In this document: positions 20,754 to 31,144 of the stretch, one piece after another
How the letters are laid out: every line of letters begins with the position of its first letter
Position numbering within the stretch: the stretch's first letter is position 1
Assembly (NCBI GenBank): GCA_046080385.1
Contig: JBJTTW010000130.1
Coordinates: 1 to 52,405, forward strand
Source of the DNA: a bacterium
GTDB taxonomy: Bacteria > Cyanobacteriota > Vampirovibrionia > LMEP-6097
Length of the DNA stretch: 52,405 nt
Reading direction: 5' to 3'
Translations under genes and position numbers: made by a program
Notes under the pieces: generated by a model
Seen by the model: the letters and a program-made list of their open reading frames with translations, nothing else
Databases searched by the model: none
What the model was told of the DNA's origin: nothing

Positions 20754-21497
20754 TTATAATGGAGATTTTTTAATCAGTGAATAACTGCGTGGGTAAGCCT
20801 TTTTCGTCTTTTGATTTTTTTTGAAAACAAGTATCTCTCTCTCGTTATTAAAATAAGTAATTCTATCTATTAGCTCAACTCCTAAATGCTTCATCGCAGA
20901 AGCAGCTTCCTCAAACTCTTTTCCACACTGCTTATAAGCAAGAAAGTAGCCTTGGAGCTTAATTAAGGGAGTGCAGATTTCTAGGATTATCGGTAAGCTT
21001 GCTACTGAACGGCATAGAGCGATGTCATAGGACTCTCTTTTGTCATCTGTGATTTCTTCGGCTCTAGCAGCAAGAGTATTTAAATTTTTTAAAGCTAAGT
21101 CTTCTTTTACTATTTCAATAAATTTGAGCTTTTTAGCTGTAGAATCTAAAGCCGTAAAATGAAGATTTAATTGTTCTCGATCTGCGACTAAAGCTAAAGG
21201 TAAGGTAGGAAAGCCCCCGCCAGTGCCGATGTCAATAATTTCAAGAGGACACTGTTGCCGAACTCCAATTTCTGCGTTTTCGTCGTCCTCATGATTTTTG
21301 TCTAGGTAGCTGTCTGAGACTTTTAACTGAGCTGCAATGAAGGGGTAACTAATGAGTGAGTCTTCGAAGTGTTTACGATAGACATCTTCTTCACTGCGAA
21401 TAGCAGAAATGTTCGTGTGTGAAATAAAGTCACTATAAAGCTTATAAAGCTTCTCAAAATCATCTGAGTATTTATTTATAAGTTCTAAATTATTCAA
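20754..21497 (-). CDS. rsmG: 16S rRNA m7G527 methyltransferase with an in-frame repeat insertion
   Basis: NISAIR...KHFEDS, DIGTGGGFP, DSTAKKLKF, RAEE, RESYD. Confidence 0.9.
   Translation of the reverse strand: MNNLELINKYSDDFEKLYKLYSDFISHTNISAIRSEEDVYRKHFEDSLISYPFIAAQLKVSDSYLDKNHEDDENAEIGVRQQCPLEIIDIGTGGGFPTLPLALVADREQLNLHFTALDSTAKKLKFIEIVKEDLALKNLNTLAARAEEITDDKRESYDIALCRSVASLPIILEICTPLIKLQGYFLAYKQCGKEFEEAASAMKHLGVELIDRITYFNNEREILVFKKNQKTKKAYPRSYSLIKKSPL
21247..21294 (-). repeat. In-frame repeat copy in rsmG (HEDDENAEIGVRQQCP)
   Basis: ggacactgttgccgaactccaatttctgcgttttcgtcgtcctcatga. Confidence 0.92.
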
Positions 21498-22266
21498 GAT
21501 AAACCATGGTGCAGATTAAATCACAGACTATAACTGTGATAAAGCCAGCTATAACTGTACTCGTAGTGGCGGTTCCTACTTCTCTTGCTCCGCCTTTCCT
21601 GACATTCATTCCGATAGTCGCAGATATAATAACGATAAGAACTGTAAATAAACAGGCTTTTATTAAGCAGATTAGCATATCGCTTATATGGAAAAAACTC
21701 ATGATGCCTGATTGAAAGCTGCTCCAGACTAGTCCTTCATTAATCCATACTGTAAGAAAAGTACTATAGGTTCCCAATATGACGGCAAGCCAAAACACCA
21801 ACGGTGCTAAAACTAATCCAGCCAGCATCGCAGGTAAAACTAAATAGTAAATAGGATTAATTTTTAAAATTTTTAGTGCATCTAGCTGCTCTGTGATTTG
21901 CATATTTGCAATTTCAGCGGTAATCGCTGTCCCATATTGTGTTGCTATCATGAAGCCACCCATAATAGGTACTAGTTCGCGGCTCATCGTTAAAAGTGCA
22001 AGTATGCCAAGTTTAGAACCGACGCCTTTACTAACAAATTGTGGACCTAGTTGTACACCAATTACTACGCCGAGTGCTATAGCAATTACTATGGTTGGTA
22101 AGGTTACTGAGTTAATAAATCTTGCGCCGTAACTAATTAAGTTAGGTAAGAAAATTTTGTTTTTAAAAAGATATTGTAGGGTTTTAAAAAAATTTAAAAC
22201 AACCTTCGCAATAAGTCCCAATATTTGCGATATTTCAGCAAATGTTCGTTTTAAACCAGCCTGCAT
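21490..22266 (-). CDS. mlaE: MlaE-family ABC permease
   Basis: RELVP, GTAITAEIANMQITEQLDAL, GGAREVGTATT. Confidence 0.88.
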   Translation of the reverse strand: MQAGLKRTFAEISQILGLIAKVVLNFFKTLQYLFKNKIFLPNLISYGARFINSVTLPTIVIAIALGVVIGVQLGPQFVSKGVGSKLGILALLTMSRELVPIMGGFMIATQYGTAITAEIANMQITEQLDALKILKINPIYYLVLPAMLAGLVLAPLVFWLAVILGTYSTFLTVWINEGLVWSSFQSGIMSFFHISDMLICLIKACLFTVLIVIISATIGMNVRKGGAREVGTATTSTVIAGFITVIVCDLICTMVYLE

Positions 22267-22282
22267 TAAAGCTTGATTATAG

Positions 22283-23224
22283 CTAGGAAAGCTGCAAATT
22301 TAAAGCATATTTATTTAATTTAAGTTCAACCTGTTGATTAGACTTTGTTCTAAAGTTAATGAAGCTAGTATCTTTACTATTGGTTCTAATAGAAATATTT
22401 TTCAAGAAGTCTTTATGTAAAAATTTTAAATATTTATTATTTCTGCTATTAACCAATTTAACGAAATCCTCGAAATTAATATGATTTCTTTCAAGGCAGT
22501 CCATGACCATGTCGTATCGATCTGGCTGTATCTTGTCTTGTATAAAGCCTTTCCAAATCTCTGCATCAAAAGCTATAGATTTCAGCGAATTTCTAATTGC
22601 TTTATTTGTGTTTTTCAATGAGCGATTGATGATTAATTTTTTAGACTTTTCATTCTGAGTAACAGTTTGAAAGCTTTCGTGACTATCTTTCGGCTTGCTT
22701 AAATCGAAAACAAAAAACTGTTTTATTTCCTCCATCATCGGTCTGAAAAACTGTAATTTAAACTTAGCTGAATTGTCTTTATCGCGAAAGAAATTAATGA
22801 TAACTTTGCCGTATTGATCGCCACTTGCTGTAGATTTATCTAATTCTTCACGTAAAAATTCAACATCTTTGGCAATATTCTCAATGCTATCAAAAAAATC
22901 TAAAAAGATTTTTTTTGCTTTGGGGAAATTTTTCAAATGTGCAAAAGGATTCTTCTTGAAATATTCAGAAATCATTTTTGCTTTTTTTTCTTTGGATATA
23001 TCAGTCCAAGGTTCAAGGAAGTTGTCTGCACTAGGTCTCGGAATTACTTGATTGATTCGAGTTAAATTAAAGTCTACATTATCACTATAAGTTTCTACTT
23101 TAGCTGGACTTGAAGAAACTTCATCAAAGAATGATTTTTTCTCAGTATGAGTATCAAGGGCAAGAATGCTATCAAGGCTAAGTTTTAGAGTCCTTTCTTT
23201 CATGTATGAACTCATTAGAGACAA
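22283..23224 (-). CDS. Hypothetical protein
   Basis: 313-aa K/F-rich ORF, no recognised motif. Confidence 0.6.
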   Translation of the reverse strand: MSLMSSYMKERTLKLSLDSILALDTHTEKKSFFDEVSSSPAKVETYSDNVDFNLTRINQVIPRPSADNFLEPWTDISKEKKAKMISEYFKKNPFAHLKNFPKAKKIFLDFFDSIENIAKDVEFLREELDKSTASGDQYGKVIINFFRDKDNSAKFKLQFFRPMMEEIKQFFVFDLSKPKDSHESFQTVTQNEKSKKLIINRSLKNTNKAIRNSLKSIAFDAEIWKGFIQDKIQPDRYDMVMDCLERNHINFEDFVKLVNSRNNKYLKFLHKDFLKNISIRTNSKDTSFINFRTKSNQQVELKLNKYALNLQLS

Positions 23225-23317
23225 ACAAAATTAATATCAAGTTAAGGTCTTATTAATTCATGAGAAAATATTAATTTCAAGATAAGTCACTAGGCTGAAA
23301 GCCTTGCAGGGATCGAA

Positions 23318-23375
23318 GGCCCTGTTGCTGAATTTGAAAAATGCTTACAGGAGCATTTTTTAGCGGATTGCTTAA
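23318..23375. repeat. Degenerate repeat remnant abutting the lptD-like stop codon
   Basis: GGCCCTGTTGCTGAA end plus GAAAAATGCT...AGCATTTTTTAGCGGAT resembling the reverse complement of 276-310. Confidence 0.55.
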
Positions 23376-25285
23376 AGATTTACTTTGAGCTGTTCATAGC
23401 GAATAGGTTCACCGAATATCATATTCACGCCGAAGCCGACTTGATTTCTTACTGTGTCATAGCTAGCTCTGAATTTAAAGTCTGGTGGTCCGACTTCAGC
23501 CCTTATCTGATTTCTTGTAATTTCACTGTCATTCATATTGAAATTTACGAAAGTGCCTACTGAAAGCCACTTATTAATGGCTAAATCACCATCAAAGACT
23601 ATGGCACTAGAACCATCTATAAATTGGTCAAAGACAAATGGTGATTCACCACTGATTAGAGCATACAAATAATCTACTTCAAAGCTAAGTCTGTCAAAAG
23701 TCGCTTCTATAGCTGGACCTATACGATTAACAAGATAGGAATCACCAGTACCATAAAAAGCAAATGAACCAGCTTCTCTAAATCTTAGAGTTAGATTATA
23801 GGCTTCATTACCAACTCGATATAAGGGTTTCGTATAGAAAGAAATGTTTTCTTCAAATCTAAAACCACTATGCTCATCAGTACTATTGTCGCCTCTGTCT
23901 CTTCTTGCTTGGAAAAGAAGTTCTTTATTCCTTGCTGTAAATAGATCTAAATTATCCGCAGCATATCCCATAATGGTTCTAAACTGTATGCCACGTCTAT
24001 CAAACCATTCGTGTTTTAATCTGAATTTATGAGCTATTTCATAATTCTGCCCGACTTGGCTAGAACCAAATAAGAGATTGCGATTGAATTGATTAACGAG
24101 AGCATTTGCTTCAAAATTATATGGTAGTTCTTGATGAGCATTTAATATAAACCTATTATAGAGAGAACCATAGCCTGCCATTATGGCAGTGGTATCACCT
24201 GGTGTGTTATAGCTGACTATAGAACCTGCTCCGAAACCACCATCATTACCGATCTGCACAATAGGCGCTAGTGCAAAAGTGGAGTTCTTATAGGATTTAA
24301 AGAATCTAGGACCAACAGCAAAGCCACCAATTCGCTCTTGTTGACCTAGAACTGGTCCTCTGAATCTAGTATTTGCAGCCTCTCCTACGCTAGTAGTGAG
24401 TTCTACTGGAGAAGGAATACTTAGTTTATCATTAAGCCAAAGCCTCGCACCTTGAATTTTCAGGTTGTTCATTCTTTTGTTTTGATCGTAGGTAATGCGT
24501 TTCGCACTATATTTAATATCACTCTGTAAAGGTGGAATATCCTTCCATCTGAGTTCACGGTTCTGATAGTAGAGTTTACGCTCACGAGTATATCTGGTCC
24601 ATTCATGATTCCCTGAAAAATAGACACCGACAGGTTTATCTAAAGCAATAAAACCATCTTTAAAATTTACCGTAACTTTATCCTTCTCATCTGGCTTTTT
24701 TCGTTCTTCGAACTCAGAAGTACTGCTGCGGGCTTTAAGACGTATCCCTGGGCTGAATATTTTCGGTTCTTCCATGCTATAGGTTTTCGTATCAGTATGA
24801 AAGACCACATATTCACCAAAGGCAGTAGTATTATTCTGGGTGACTTTTACATTTCCTTCTGCGATTAAAAGTTTTTTTAGCCCATCAAAATTCATTTGAT
24901 CAGCAGTGACTATTATATTTTTCTCAGGGAAAGTGGCGATAGCCTCTCCGACTGCTTCGTAAAAATCCTGAGTTTCGTTATAGCGTAGTTCATCTGCGAT
25001 TATTTCTACGAATGTTTCATTCTCTGGATGACTCCCGACTTCTTCGAGTATTTCTTCACTGAGTGAGCTATTTATCGGACTTATTATCGAATCAGGGCTT
25101 AAATTAGAATCTTTAGCAGAGCCATCTGGATTAACTTCTACGAGTTTAACCTCAGCACTTTTCTGATCTTTGTTTTTAATAGATTCTTTGGGCTTTTTTT
25201 TCGCTTCGATTTCTAAAGCACAAAAATTTACTACAATAAATAGCAAGAAAATTTTTTTTAAAAGATCTTTTAATCGCAAGTTCAC
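23372..25285 (-). CDS. LptD/OstA-like outer-membrane protein
   Basis: Signal peptide, OstA-like jellyroll (IIADELRY, ADQMNFD...AEGNVKV), beta-strand-rich C-terminus. Confidence 0.65.
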   Translation of the reverse strand: MNLRLKDLLKKIFLLFIVVNFCALEIEAKKKPKESIKNKDQKSAEVKLVEVNPDGSAKDSNLSPDSIISPINSSLSEEILEEVGSHPENETFVEIIADELRYNETQDFYEAVGEAIATFPEKNIIVTADQMNFDGLKKLLIAEGNVKVTQNNTTAFGEYVVFHTDTKTYSMEEPKIFSPGIRLKARSSTSEFEERKKPDEKDKVTVNFKDGFIALDKPVGVYFSGNHEWTRYTRERKLYYQNRELRWKDIPPLQSDIKYSAKRITYDQNKRMNNLKIQGARLWLNDKLSIPSPVELTTSVGEAANTRFRGPVLGQQERIGGFAVGPRFFKSYKNSTFALAPIVQIGNDGGFGAGSIVSYNTPGDTTAIMAGYGSLYNRFILNAHQELPYNFEANALVNQFNRNLLFGSSQVGQNYEIAHKFRLKHEWFDRRGIQFRTIMGYAADNLDLFTARNKELLFQARRDRGDNSTDEHSGFRFEENISFYTKPLYRVGNEAYNLTLRFREAGSFAFYGTGDSYLVNRIGPAIEATFDRLSFEVDYLYALISGESPFVFDQFIDGSSAIVFDGDLAINKWLSVGTFVNFNMNDSEITRNQIRAEVGPPDFKFRASYDTVRNQVGFGVNMIFGEPIRYEQLKVNL

Positions 25286-25351
25286 TAGCTAGAATAATCA
25301 TATACTAAAAAAATCCCTCTATACTTATAAAATTCTCGACCTTTAAATCCT

Positions 25352-26461
25352 ATGTTCTTGAAAACCATAAATTTAATAAATTTCAGAAACTATCAGGAAC
25401 TCTTTTTAAATATTGAGCGTCCTAAGCTTATTATTCTTGGGGATAATTCGCAAGGTAAAACTAATTTATTAGAAGTGGTGCAGATATTCAGTACGGGTAA
25501 ATCTAAAAGAGCTGGTAAAGACGCTCAGTTAGTGAATTTCAATGCTGAAAATGCTGTTATACACGCCAAGATTTTACGTGAAAATGCTAATGATTTAAAT
25601 ATAGCGATGATGATAAGACGTTCTGGTAGAAGGACTCTGAAAATTAATGAAGTTAATATGAAGCCCAAAGATATTAATCATAAGCTTTACTCTGTATCCT
25701 TTATGGTAGATGATTTAAATATAGTTTCTGGCAGCCCGAGTTCTCGTCGTGACTGGTTAGATGCTATCTTAGAACAGCTTTATTTACCTTATGCTGAGAT
25801 ATTAACTAAATTTGAGAAATCTTTAAGTCAGCGTAATAGCTTCATTAAATCATGTCTAGAGAAAGATTTTTTCTACAATAATCTCCCCTTAGCTTTCCAA
25901 GAGCAGCTTTCTATATGGGATGAGCTGTTTATAAATGCGGCAAATGAACTTACTAAATATAGGCATGAACTGGTTACTAAAATTAGCCCTTTAGTAGAGA
26001 AATATTATCAAGATATCGCAGGAGAGGCACTTTCATTAAGATTAGAATACTTAGGTAAAATGCTAAGCCCTGAAGATTTAAAAGCAGATCATAAATTAGA
26101 TTTTATTAGAGCTTGTACTAGTCATGGACCGCAGCGAGATGATATCGACTTTATGCTTAAAGAGCAGTTGGCTAGTGATTTTGCAAGCCAAGGAGAAAAG
26201 AGAAGTATAGTGCTAGCGCTTAAGCTTACGGAAATAGAGTTATTAAAGGAAGAGCATAGATTACAGCCGATTCTTCTATTAGATGATGTCCTTGCGGAAT
26301 TAGATGAAGCGAGGCAGGATCATTTACTAGAAGCTATTTCAGATGATACGCAGGTCATAATCACCACCACGCATTTAGGTAAGCATTTGCAAAAATGGAG
26401 CGAAAATGCTCAAATTATAAATATTAAAGCAGGGGCCTTAGTCGAATATGCAAAGAGCTAA
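25352..26461 (+). CDS. recF: DNA replication/repair protein RecF
   Basis: NFRNY, GDNSQGKTNLLE, GSPSSRR, GPQRDD, SQGEKR, PILLLDDVLAELD. Confidence 0.95.
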   Translation: MFLKTINLINFRNYQELFLNIERPKLIILGDNSQGKTNLLEVVQIFSTGKSKRAGKDAQLVNFNAENAVIHAKILRENANDLNIAMMIRRSGRRTLKINEVNMKPKDINHKLYSVSFMVDDLNIVSGSPSSRRDWLDAILEQLYLPYAEILTKFEKSLSQRNSFIKSCLEKDFFYNNLPLAFQEQLSIWDELFINAANELTKYRHELVTKISPLVEKYYQDIAGEALSLRLEYLGKMLSPEDLKADHKLDFIRACTSHGPQRDDIDFMLKEQLASDFASQGEKRSIVLALKLTEIELLKEEHRLQPILLLDDVLAELDEARQDHLLEAISDDTQVIITTTHLGKHLQKWSENAQIINIKAGALVEYAKS

Positions 26462-26798
26462 ACAAGAAGACCTTTTACCGATTAAAAAACTTTTTGATAG
26501 TGTTGCGCGCAATATTGATAAGCAGAGGCATTACTCTATTTTTCAGCTTTGGCAAGAATTAGAAATGCCAGATTCCATTAAGAAGAGAACCTTCGCTCAT
26601 AGAGTGACTAAAGATATGAAATTAATAGTCGGGGTGAAACACTCTGCTTTAGCAAATGAATTACAGTTCCGTAAAACAGAGTTACTGAATCTTTTAAATC
26701 AAGCTATTAGTTCTGCTAATAGAGACATGCACGGGCGCATAGATTTTGCACAGGATTATATAAAAGAAGTTAAAGCTTTGGTTTTTGAGTTAAGATAG
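26448..26798 (+). CDS. DUF721/DciA-like protein
   Basis: Overlaps the recF end (typical position); W...LIVGVKHSALANELQF. Confidence 0.65.
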   Translation: MQRAKQEDLLPIKKLFDSVARNIDKQRHYSIFQLWQELEMPDSIKKRTFAHRVTKDMKLIVGVKHSALANELQFRKTELLNLLNQAISSANRDMHGRIDFAQDYIKEVKALVFELR

Positions 26799-26799
26799 G

Positions 26800-27663
26800 T
26801 CAATTTTTAATCAAGGTCCCAGCTCCCTCATTAGTAAAGGTTTCTAATAGTAGGCTATGCTCTTTTAACCCATTAAGAATAATAGCTTCCTTAACTCCAT
26901 GCTCTATAGCCTTGATACAGCAGTCAGTTTTAGGGATCATGCCACCTTGAATAATGCCCTTAGACTCTAATCCCTTAGCCATTTCTAGATTCATTTCTTT
27001 TATTAAAGAATCGGGATCATTTTTATCTGCAAGTATGCCCTTTATGTCTGTCATAAGAATTAATTTATCGGCTTGAAGTCCTATTGCAAGTTCTGCGGCC
27101 ATAGTATCAGCATTGATATTAAAAGCTTCACCAGCTTCATTGGGTGCAATAGAGCTGATGACTGGAATTAAGCCTAATTTAAAAACTTCATGAATGAGTG
27201 CAAGATTAGTGGTTTTTATCTCACCTACCATGTTACCTTCAGCGATACGTGAATCCCTTTCAGCTACCATAATCCTGCCATCGCGGCCAGAAAGTCCTAT
27301 GGCTCTTGCTCCCGCGCAATTAATAGAACTTACTATACGCCTCTGTATCTTGCCATGTAAAACCATTTCGACTATCTCCATAGTCTCTGAATCAGTGTGC
27401 CTGAGTCCATTTTCAAATTTGATTTCTTTACCTATTTTAGTGAGCATTTGATTAATTTCAGGGCCGCCACCATGAGTTAGTACTACCTTGATGCCAACAC
27501 TATTTAAAAGCACCAAATCCTTTATGGTACTCTTCTCTATATCTGAATTAGTTAAAGCTGAACCACCATATTTAATGACGAATATCTTGGAGTGAAATTT
27601 TTGAATATAGGGCAGAGCTTCCGAGAGAATTTTTACTCTATCGGCGTTAGCATAGTCGGGCAT
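26800..27663 (-). CDS. argB: Acetylglutamate kinase
   Basis: EALPYI, VIKYGG, HGGGPEI, NINAD, GGMIPK. Confidence 0.95.
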   Translation of the reverse strand: MPDYANADRVKILSEALPYIQKFHSKIFVIKYGGSALTNSDIEKSTIKDLVLLNSVGIKVVLTHGGGPEINQMLTKIGKEIKFENGLRHTDSETMEIVEMVLHGKIQRRIVSSINCAGARAIGLSGRDGRIMVAERDSRIAEGNMVGEIKTTNLALIHEVFKLGLIPVISSIAPNEAGEAFNINADTMAAELAIGLQADKLILMTDIKGILADKNDPDSLIKEMNLEMAKGLESKGIIQGGMIPKTDCCIKAIEHGVKEAIILNGLKEHSLLLETFTNEGAGTLIKN

Positions 27664-27666
27664 GAC

Positions 27667-28353
27667 TTAAAATGATAACCTGTCTAAAGCAGCTTTGGCA
27701 GCGTTTTGTCCAGCTTCTTTTTTAGATTTACCAGAGCCTCTACTGAGTTCTTCTCCATTAAAGAGCACAGCTATTTCAAAACTTCTTTCATGAGCATCTC
27801 CGCTAGTGTTAACTGTTTCAAAGACTGGTGCTTTAGAGTATTTAGCTTGAATTTTTTCTATTAATAGAGCTTTATAGTTATGAGCGATGGATTCGGTTAT
27901 AGCTCTTTTGATATGGGCATCCCATGCACTTAGAATAAATTCACGAGCTTTATCATAGCCAGATTCTTTATAAATAACAGCGATTAAAGCTTCTAAGGCA
28001 TTTCCATAAATAGACTTAGGTAAAGTTTTCTGTCCCTTGAGCATTCTGCCTATTCGTAAAAGTTTTTCTAAGCCCATTTCTAAGGCAAGCTCTGCTAGTA
28101 AATCATCAGAAATTAATCTTGCTCTGAATTTAGATAAATTTCCTTCATCCTCGTCTGGAAAATTATTAGATAGGTATTCACTGAAGACTAGTTTTAAGAC
28201 GGCATCACCGAGAAATTCTAATCTTTCATTATTTAGAATGCTGGGATCATCTTTGGAACAGGATTTATGAGTCAAAGCCTGCTCTAAAAGCTTATTAGAT
28301 GGTAGATTTAACTGATTTAAGAAAGAAGTTAAAGAAAAAACCTGTTTAGGCAT
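27667..28353 (-). CDS. rnc: Ribonuclease III
   Basis: ALTHKS, NERLEFLGDAVL, dsRBD GSGKSKKEA. Confidence 0.95.
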   Translation of the reverse strand: MPKQVFSLTSFLNQLNLPSNKLLEQALTHKSCSKDDPSILNNERLEFLGDAVLKLVFSEYLSNNFPDEDEGNLSKFRARLISDDLLAELALEMGLEKLLRIGRMLKGQKTLPKSIYGNALEALIAVIYKESGYDKAREFILSAWDAHIKRAITESIAHNYKALLIEKIQAKYSKAPVFETVNTSGDAHERSFEIAVLFNGEELSRGSGKSKKEAGQNAAKAALDRLSF

Positions 28354-28846
28354 CTTTTTCGATTTTAATAATTACTTCACCAAAAGATATAGCCTGGGCA
28401 TTATCGACTGAAATCTCCTTCACTACGCCTGAAACTTCGGAAGGAAGCTCATTCATCAGTTTCATAGCTTCGATAATACAGAGGGTATCACCCTTCTTAA
28501 CTCTATCTCCGACTTTTATAAAGGCATCAGCATCGGGAGATGGAGATGCATAGTAGGTACCAACCATTGGTGATTTTACTTCAAAAAGGTTTTTGTTGGG
28601 TGCAGCAGCTTTTGCAGAAACGGTTTCAGAAACAGTACTTGCGCTGGAGTGCACTGCTGGTGCAGATACACTGTTAAACACAGTTCCAGTAATTTCTTTT
28701 TTTACCTTAATGCGGTACTGTCCTTCAAACTCAAGCTCTATCTCAGTTAATTCTTGATTTTTAAGAATCTCAGCTAGCTGATTTATAGCGGCTAAAGGAA
28801 CTTCTATATTACTCATATTTTTTTCTGCCTTCTCAATAGTTTTCAT
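28346..28846 (-). CDS. accB: Biotin carboxyl carrier protein
   Basis: SPMVGTYY, IIEAMKLMNE. Confidence 0.95.
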   Translation of the reverse strand: MKTIEKAEKNMSNIEVPLAAINQLAEILKNQELTEIELEFEGQYRIKVKKEITGTVFNSVSAPAVHSSASTVSETVSAKAAAPNKNLFEVKSPMVGTYYASPSPDADAFIKVGDRVKKGDTLCIIEAMKLMNELPSEVSGVVKEISVDNAQAISFGEVIIKIEKDA

Positions 28847-29412
28847 TATGCTTTGACCCTATCTTGATATTCTCTAGTCTGAGGATTTAAGCGAATTTTA
28901 TCCCCGATATTAACAAAGAAAGGTATATCAATAGTAGCCCCAGTTTCAAGGACTGCTGGTTTAGAGCCGCCAGATGAAGTATTTCCTTTTTCATTCGGTG
29001 CTGTATCTTGGACGACTAGCTCAATAGAATTAGGCAATTCTGCACTTAAGACTTTTCCATCACAAGACATAATCGAGCAGACCATTTCTTCTTTCAAGAA
29101 ATCTGTAACGTTATCACCTAAATCATTTTTAGACAGCTCAACTTGTTCATAGGATTTCATATCCATAAAAGCATAGTTATCACCACTCTGGTAAAGGTAC
29201 TGCATTTCTTTTCTTTCTACGTGAGCTGGTTTAAACTGCTCATTCATTCTAAAAGATTCTTCTAAAATTTTCTTAGTCGTTAAATTTCTAAATTTAGTTC
29301 TAACGAAAGCTGCTCCCTTACCAGGTTTGACGTGGAGAAACTCGACGACTTGGTATAAATTTCCCTTCCATTCTAGGGTTAAGCCATTTTTGAAATCAGT
29401 AGGTGTGTACAT
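28846..29412 (-). CDS. efp: Elongation factor P
   Basis: HVKPGKGAAFVR, KGNT...KPAVLETG. Confidence 0.95.
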   Translation of the reverse strand: MYTPTDFKNGLTLEWKGNLYQVVEFLHVKPGKGAAFVRTKFRNLTTKKILEESFRMNEQFKPAHVERKEMQYLYQSGDNYAFMDMKSYEQVELSKNDLGDNVTDFLKEEMVCSIMSCDGKVLSAELPNSIELVVQDTAPNEKGNTSSGGSKPAVLETGATIDIPFFVNIGDKIRLNPQTREYQDRVKA

Positions 29413-29532
29413 AAACTAGAGTTATTCTAACACTTTATAAGCAGGTTTCTAAAACCTTAAAACTAAATTATTAAAAAAATTTTGATATGCTTCAGCCTCT
29501 TTAATCAATCACTGAAAATGCTGGAAATAGCA

Positions 29533-30696
29533 TTAAATCTGTATTGGTACATAGTATAAATACTTTGCGGTTATAGGATCTGAAATTCTTAAATTGAAAT
29601 TATCTAAATTAGAAAATTTGCCGAGTGAATAACAGAGTTTTAGGGTACACTTTGTATCAGTGTTAATCTTAGACAGGTCTTTGGAATTAAAATTCAACAA
29701 AAATGGATTTGGTAAGAATTCTTGAGAGTTAGTTCTATTCACTAAAATGAAATCTTGTAAATCGAAGTCTTTCTCAGAAGCATTTTCTATTTCTAATTCT
29801 AAAAATATTGAATCCCCAAAATTATAAGAATAAAATTTCTTTGACTGAGTAATCTTAATTTCAAGATTAATATCACTGGCAAGTACTGGTTCAACCACTG
29901 AAGCAGTCGATCCTCCAAAAGGGGCGTGTAGCGAAACTCTAATTTCTGCGTTTTCGCCCGCCTCATAATCCTCATGTTTTACTGGTTCAATAAATTTCAC
30001 CTTAAGCTGTGAATCACTAGGCTCCGAATAAAATGGCTGTGGAGCAGCTACAAAAGAGTTTACTATCCCGGAAACAGCTCCGAGACCAGCTCCAGCTACT
30101 ACTGAAAAACCATTAGTGAGCATAACTAATGGTAAGCCACCATATTTTAAAGTTTTTAAAGTACCACTTAAGCCGCTAAGAACTACATTGGAACTGCTTC
30201 TGAGGAAAGCATCTTCACTGACTTTATCTTCTAAGCTTTTATCTTGCTCTTTAGTGTCTATTCTAAAAAGCCCTGAAGCTGCCGTGCTAGAACCATTTTC
30301 AGAAATGAGTTCCGTAATTCTAAAAAGAAAATTTTTATTATCAAGAGAGTCACCTTCTACTGAAGCTTTTAGGTAGCTGTTTGCTGGTATTGTAAAAATC
30401 TTTCCTACTTCTGGCGTAATTTTGAAAATTAAACTATCACCATTTAAAATTAAACGTGGATCAAAGCTCTCAATACTAATTAAATGTAGGGTTTCATCTT
30501 CGAGCTTGAACTCCTCTTCAACGGAGGCATAGCCTTTTAATACAGAAGATCCTTGCAGATAAGCTTCGTTCTCAGTCAATTTTGAGGCAGAATCTAAGGC
30601 TCCAATGGGCTGAGCATTTATATTAGTGAAAGATAAGCCCTGTAATAATAGAAGCAAAGAGAGGAATCTTAAATTATTTGTGAAATTGATTCGCAA
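29533..30696 (-). CDS. Hypothetical exported protein with an in-frame repeat insertion
   Basis: Signal peptide, glycine-zipper-like GAGLGAVSG; contains HEDYEAGENAEIRVSLHAP. Confidence 0.65.
   Translation of the reverse strand: MRINFTNNLRFLSLLLLLQGLSFTNINAQPIGALDSASKLTENEAYLQGSSVLKGYASVEEEFKLEDETLHLISIESFDPRLILNGDSLIFKITPEVGKIFTIPANSYLKASVEGDSLDNKNFLFRITELISENGSSTAASGLFRIDTKEQDKSLEDKVSEDAFLRSSSNVVLSGLSGTLKTLKYGGLPLVMLTNGFSVVAGAGLGAVSGIVNSFVAAPQPFYSEPSDSQLKVKFIEPVKHEDYEAGENAEIRVSLHAPFGGSTASVVEPVLASDINLEIKITQSKKFYSYNFGDSIFLELEIENASEKDFDLQDFILVNRTNSQEFLPNPFLLNFNSKDLSKINTDTKCTLKLCYSLGKFSNLDNFNLRISDPITAKYLYYVPIQI
29921..29976 (-). repeat. In-frame repeat copy (HEDYEAGENAEIRVSLHAP)
   Basis: Nearly identical to 18604-18659. 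Confidence 0.92.
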
Positions 30697-30794
30697 GCTA
30701 GTTTAATCTTGGCACGAATTTAGATTTTTTATGCTAGGATTTTTAAACGCATTGGATGCACAAGAGGTGATCTCTCTTTAAAAAGTCGACTCGC

Positions 30795-30871
30795 GGAGGC
30801 GTAGCTCAGTTGGTTAGAGCACCTGTCTGTCACGCAGGGGGTCGAGGGTTCAAGTCCCTTCGTCTCCGCCA
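30795..30871 (+). tRNA. tRNA-Asp(GUC)
   Basis: Acceptor GGAGGCG/CGTCTCC, anticodon arm CCTGT-CT-GTC-AC-GCAGG, T-loop TTCAAGT, encoded CCA. Confidence 0.95.
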
Positions 30872-31008
30872 TTTTTTAATAAATTAAAATAGCTTTAACT
30901 ACGGGACTTGAACCCTTAGGGTTGATTTTTTCATTGTAAAAGCTGGCGCTTTTACAGATCTTCGTCTCCGCCATTTTTTAATAAATTAAAATAGCTTTAA
31001 CTACGGGA
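30858..31008 (+). repeat. 49-bp direct repeat of the tRNA-Asp 3' end and flank (30858-30906, 30960-31008)
   Basis: cttcgtctccgccattttttaataaattaaaatagctttaactacggga occurs twice, 102 bp apart; a degenerate third copy is at 32787-32808. Confidence 0.9.
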
Positions 31009-31144
31009 GTCGAATCGTAAAGATACTGAGAATCGTATCAAAATGATACGATTCTTGGATTTTGAATGATATGATTTCGGTTATGTCTCTAGGGCTGAAC
31101 AACCAGCAAAATGAAATACGTTAAACAGAGATTTAAAACTTCTT

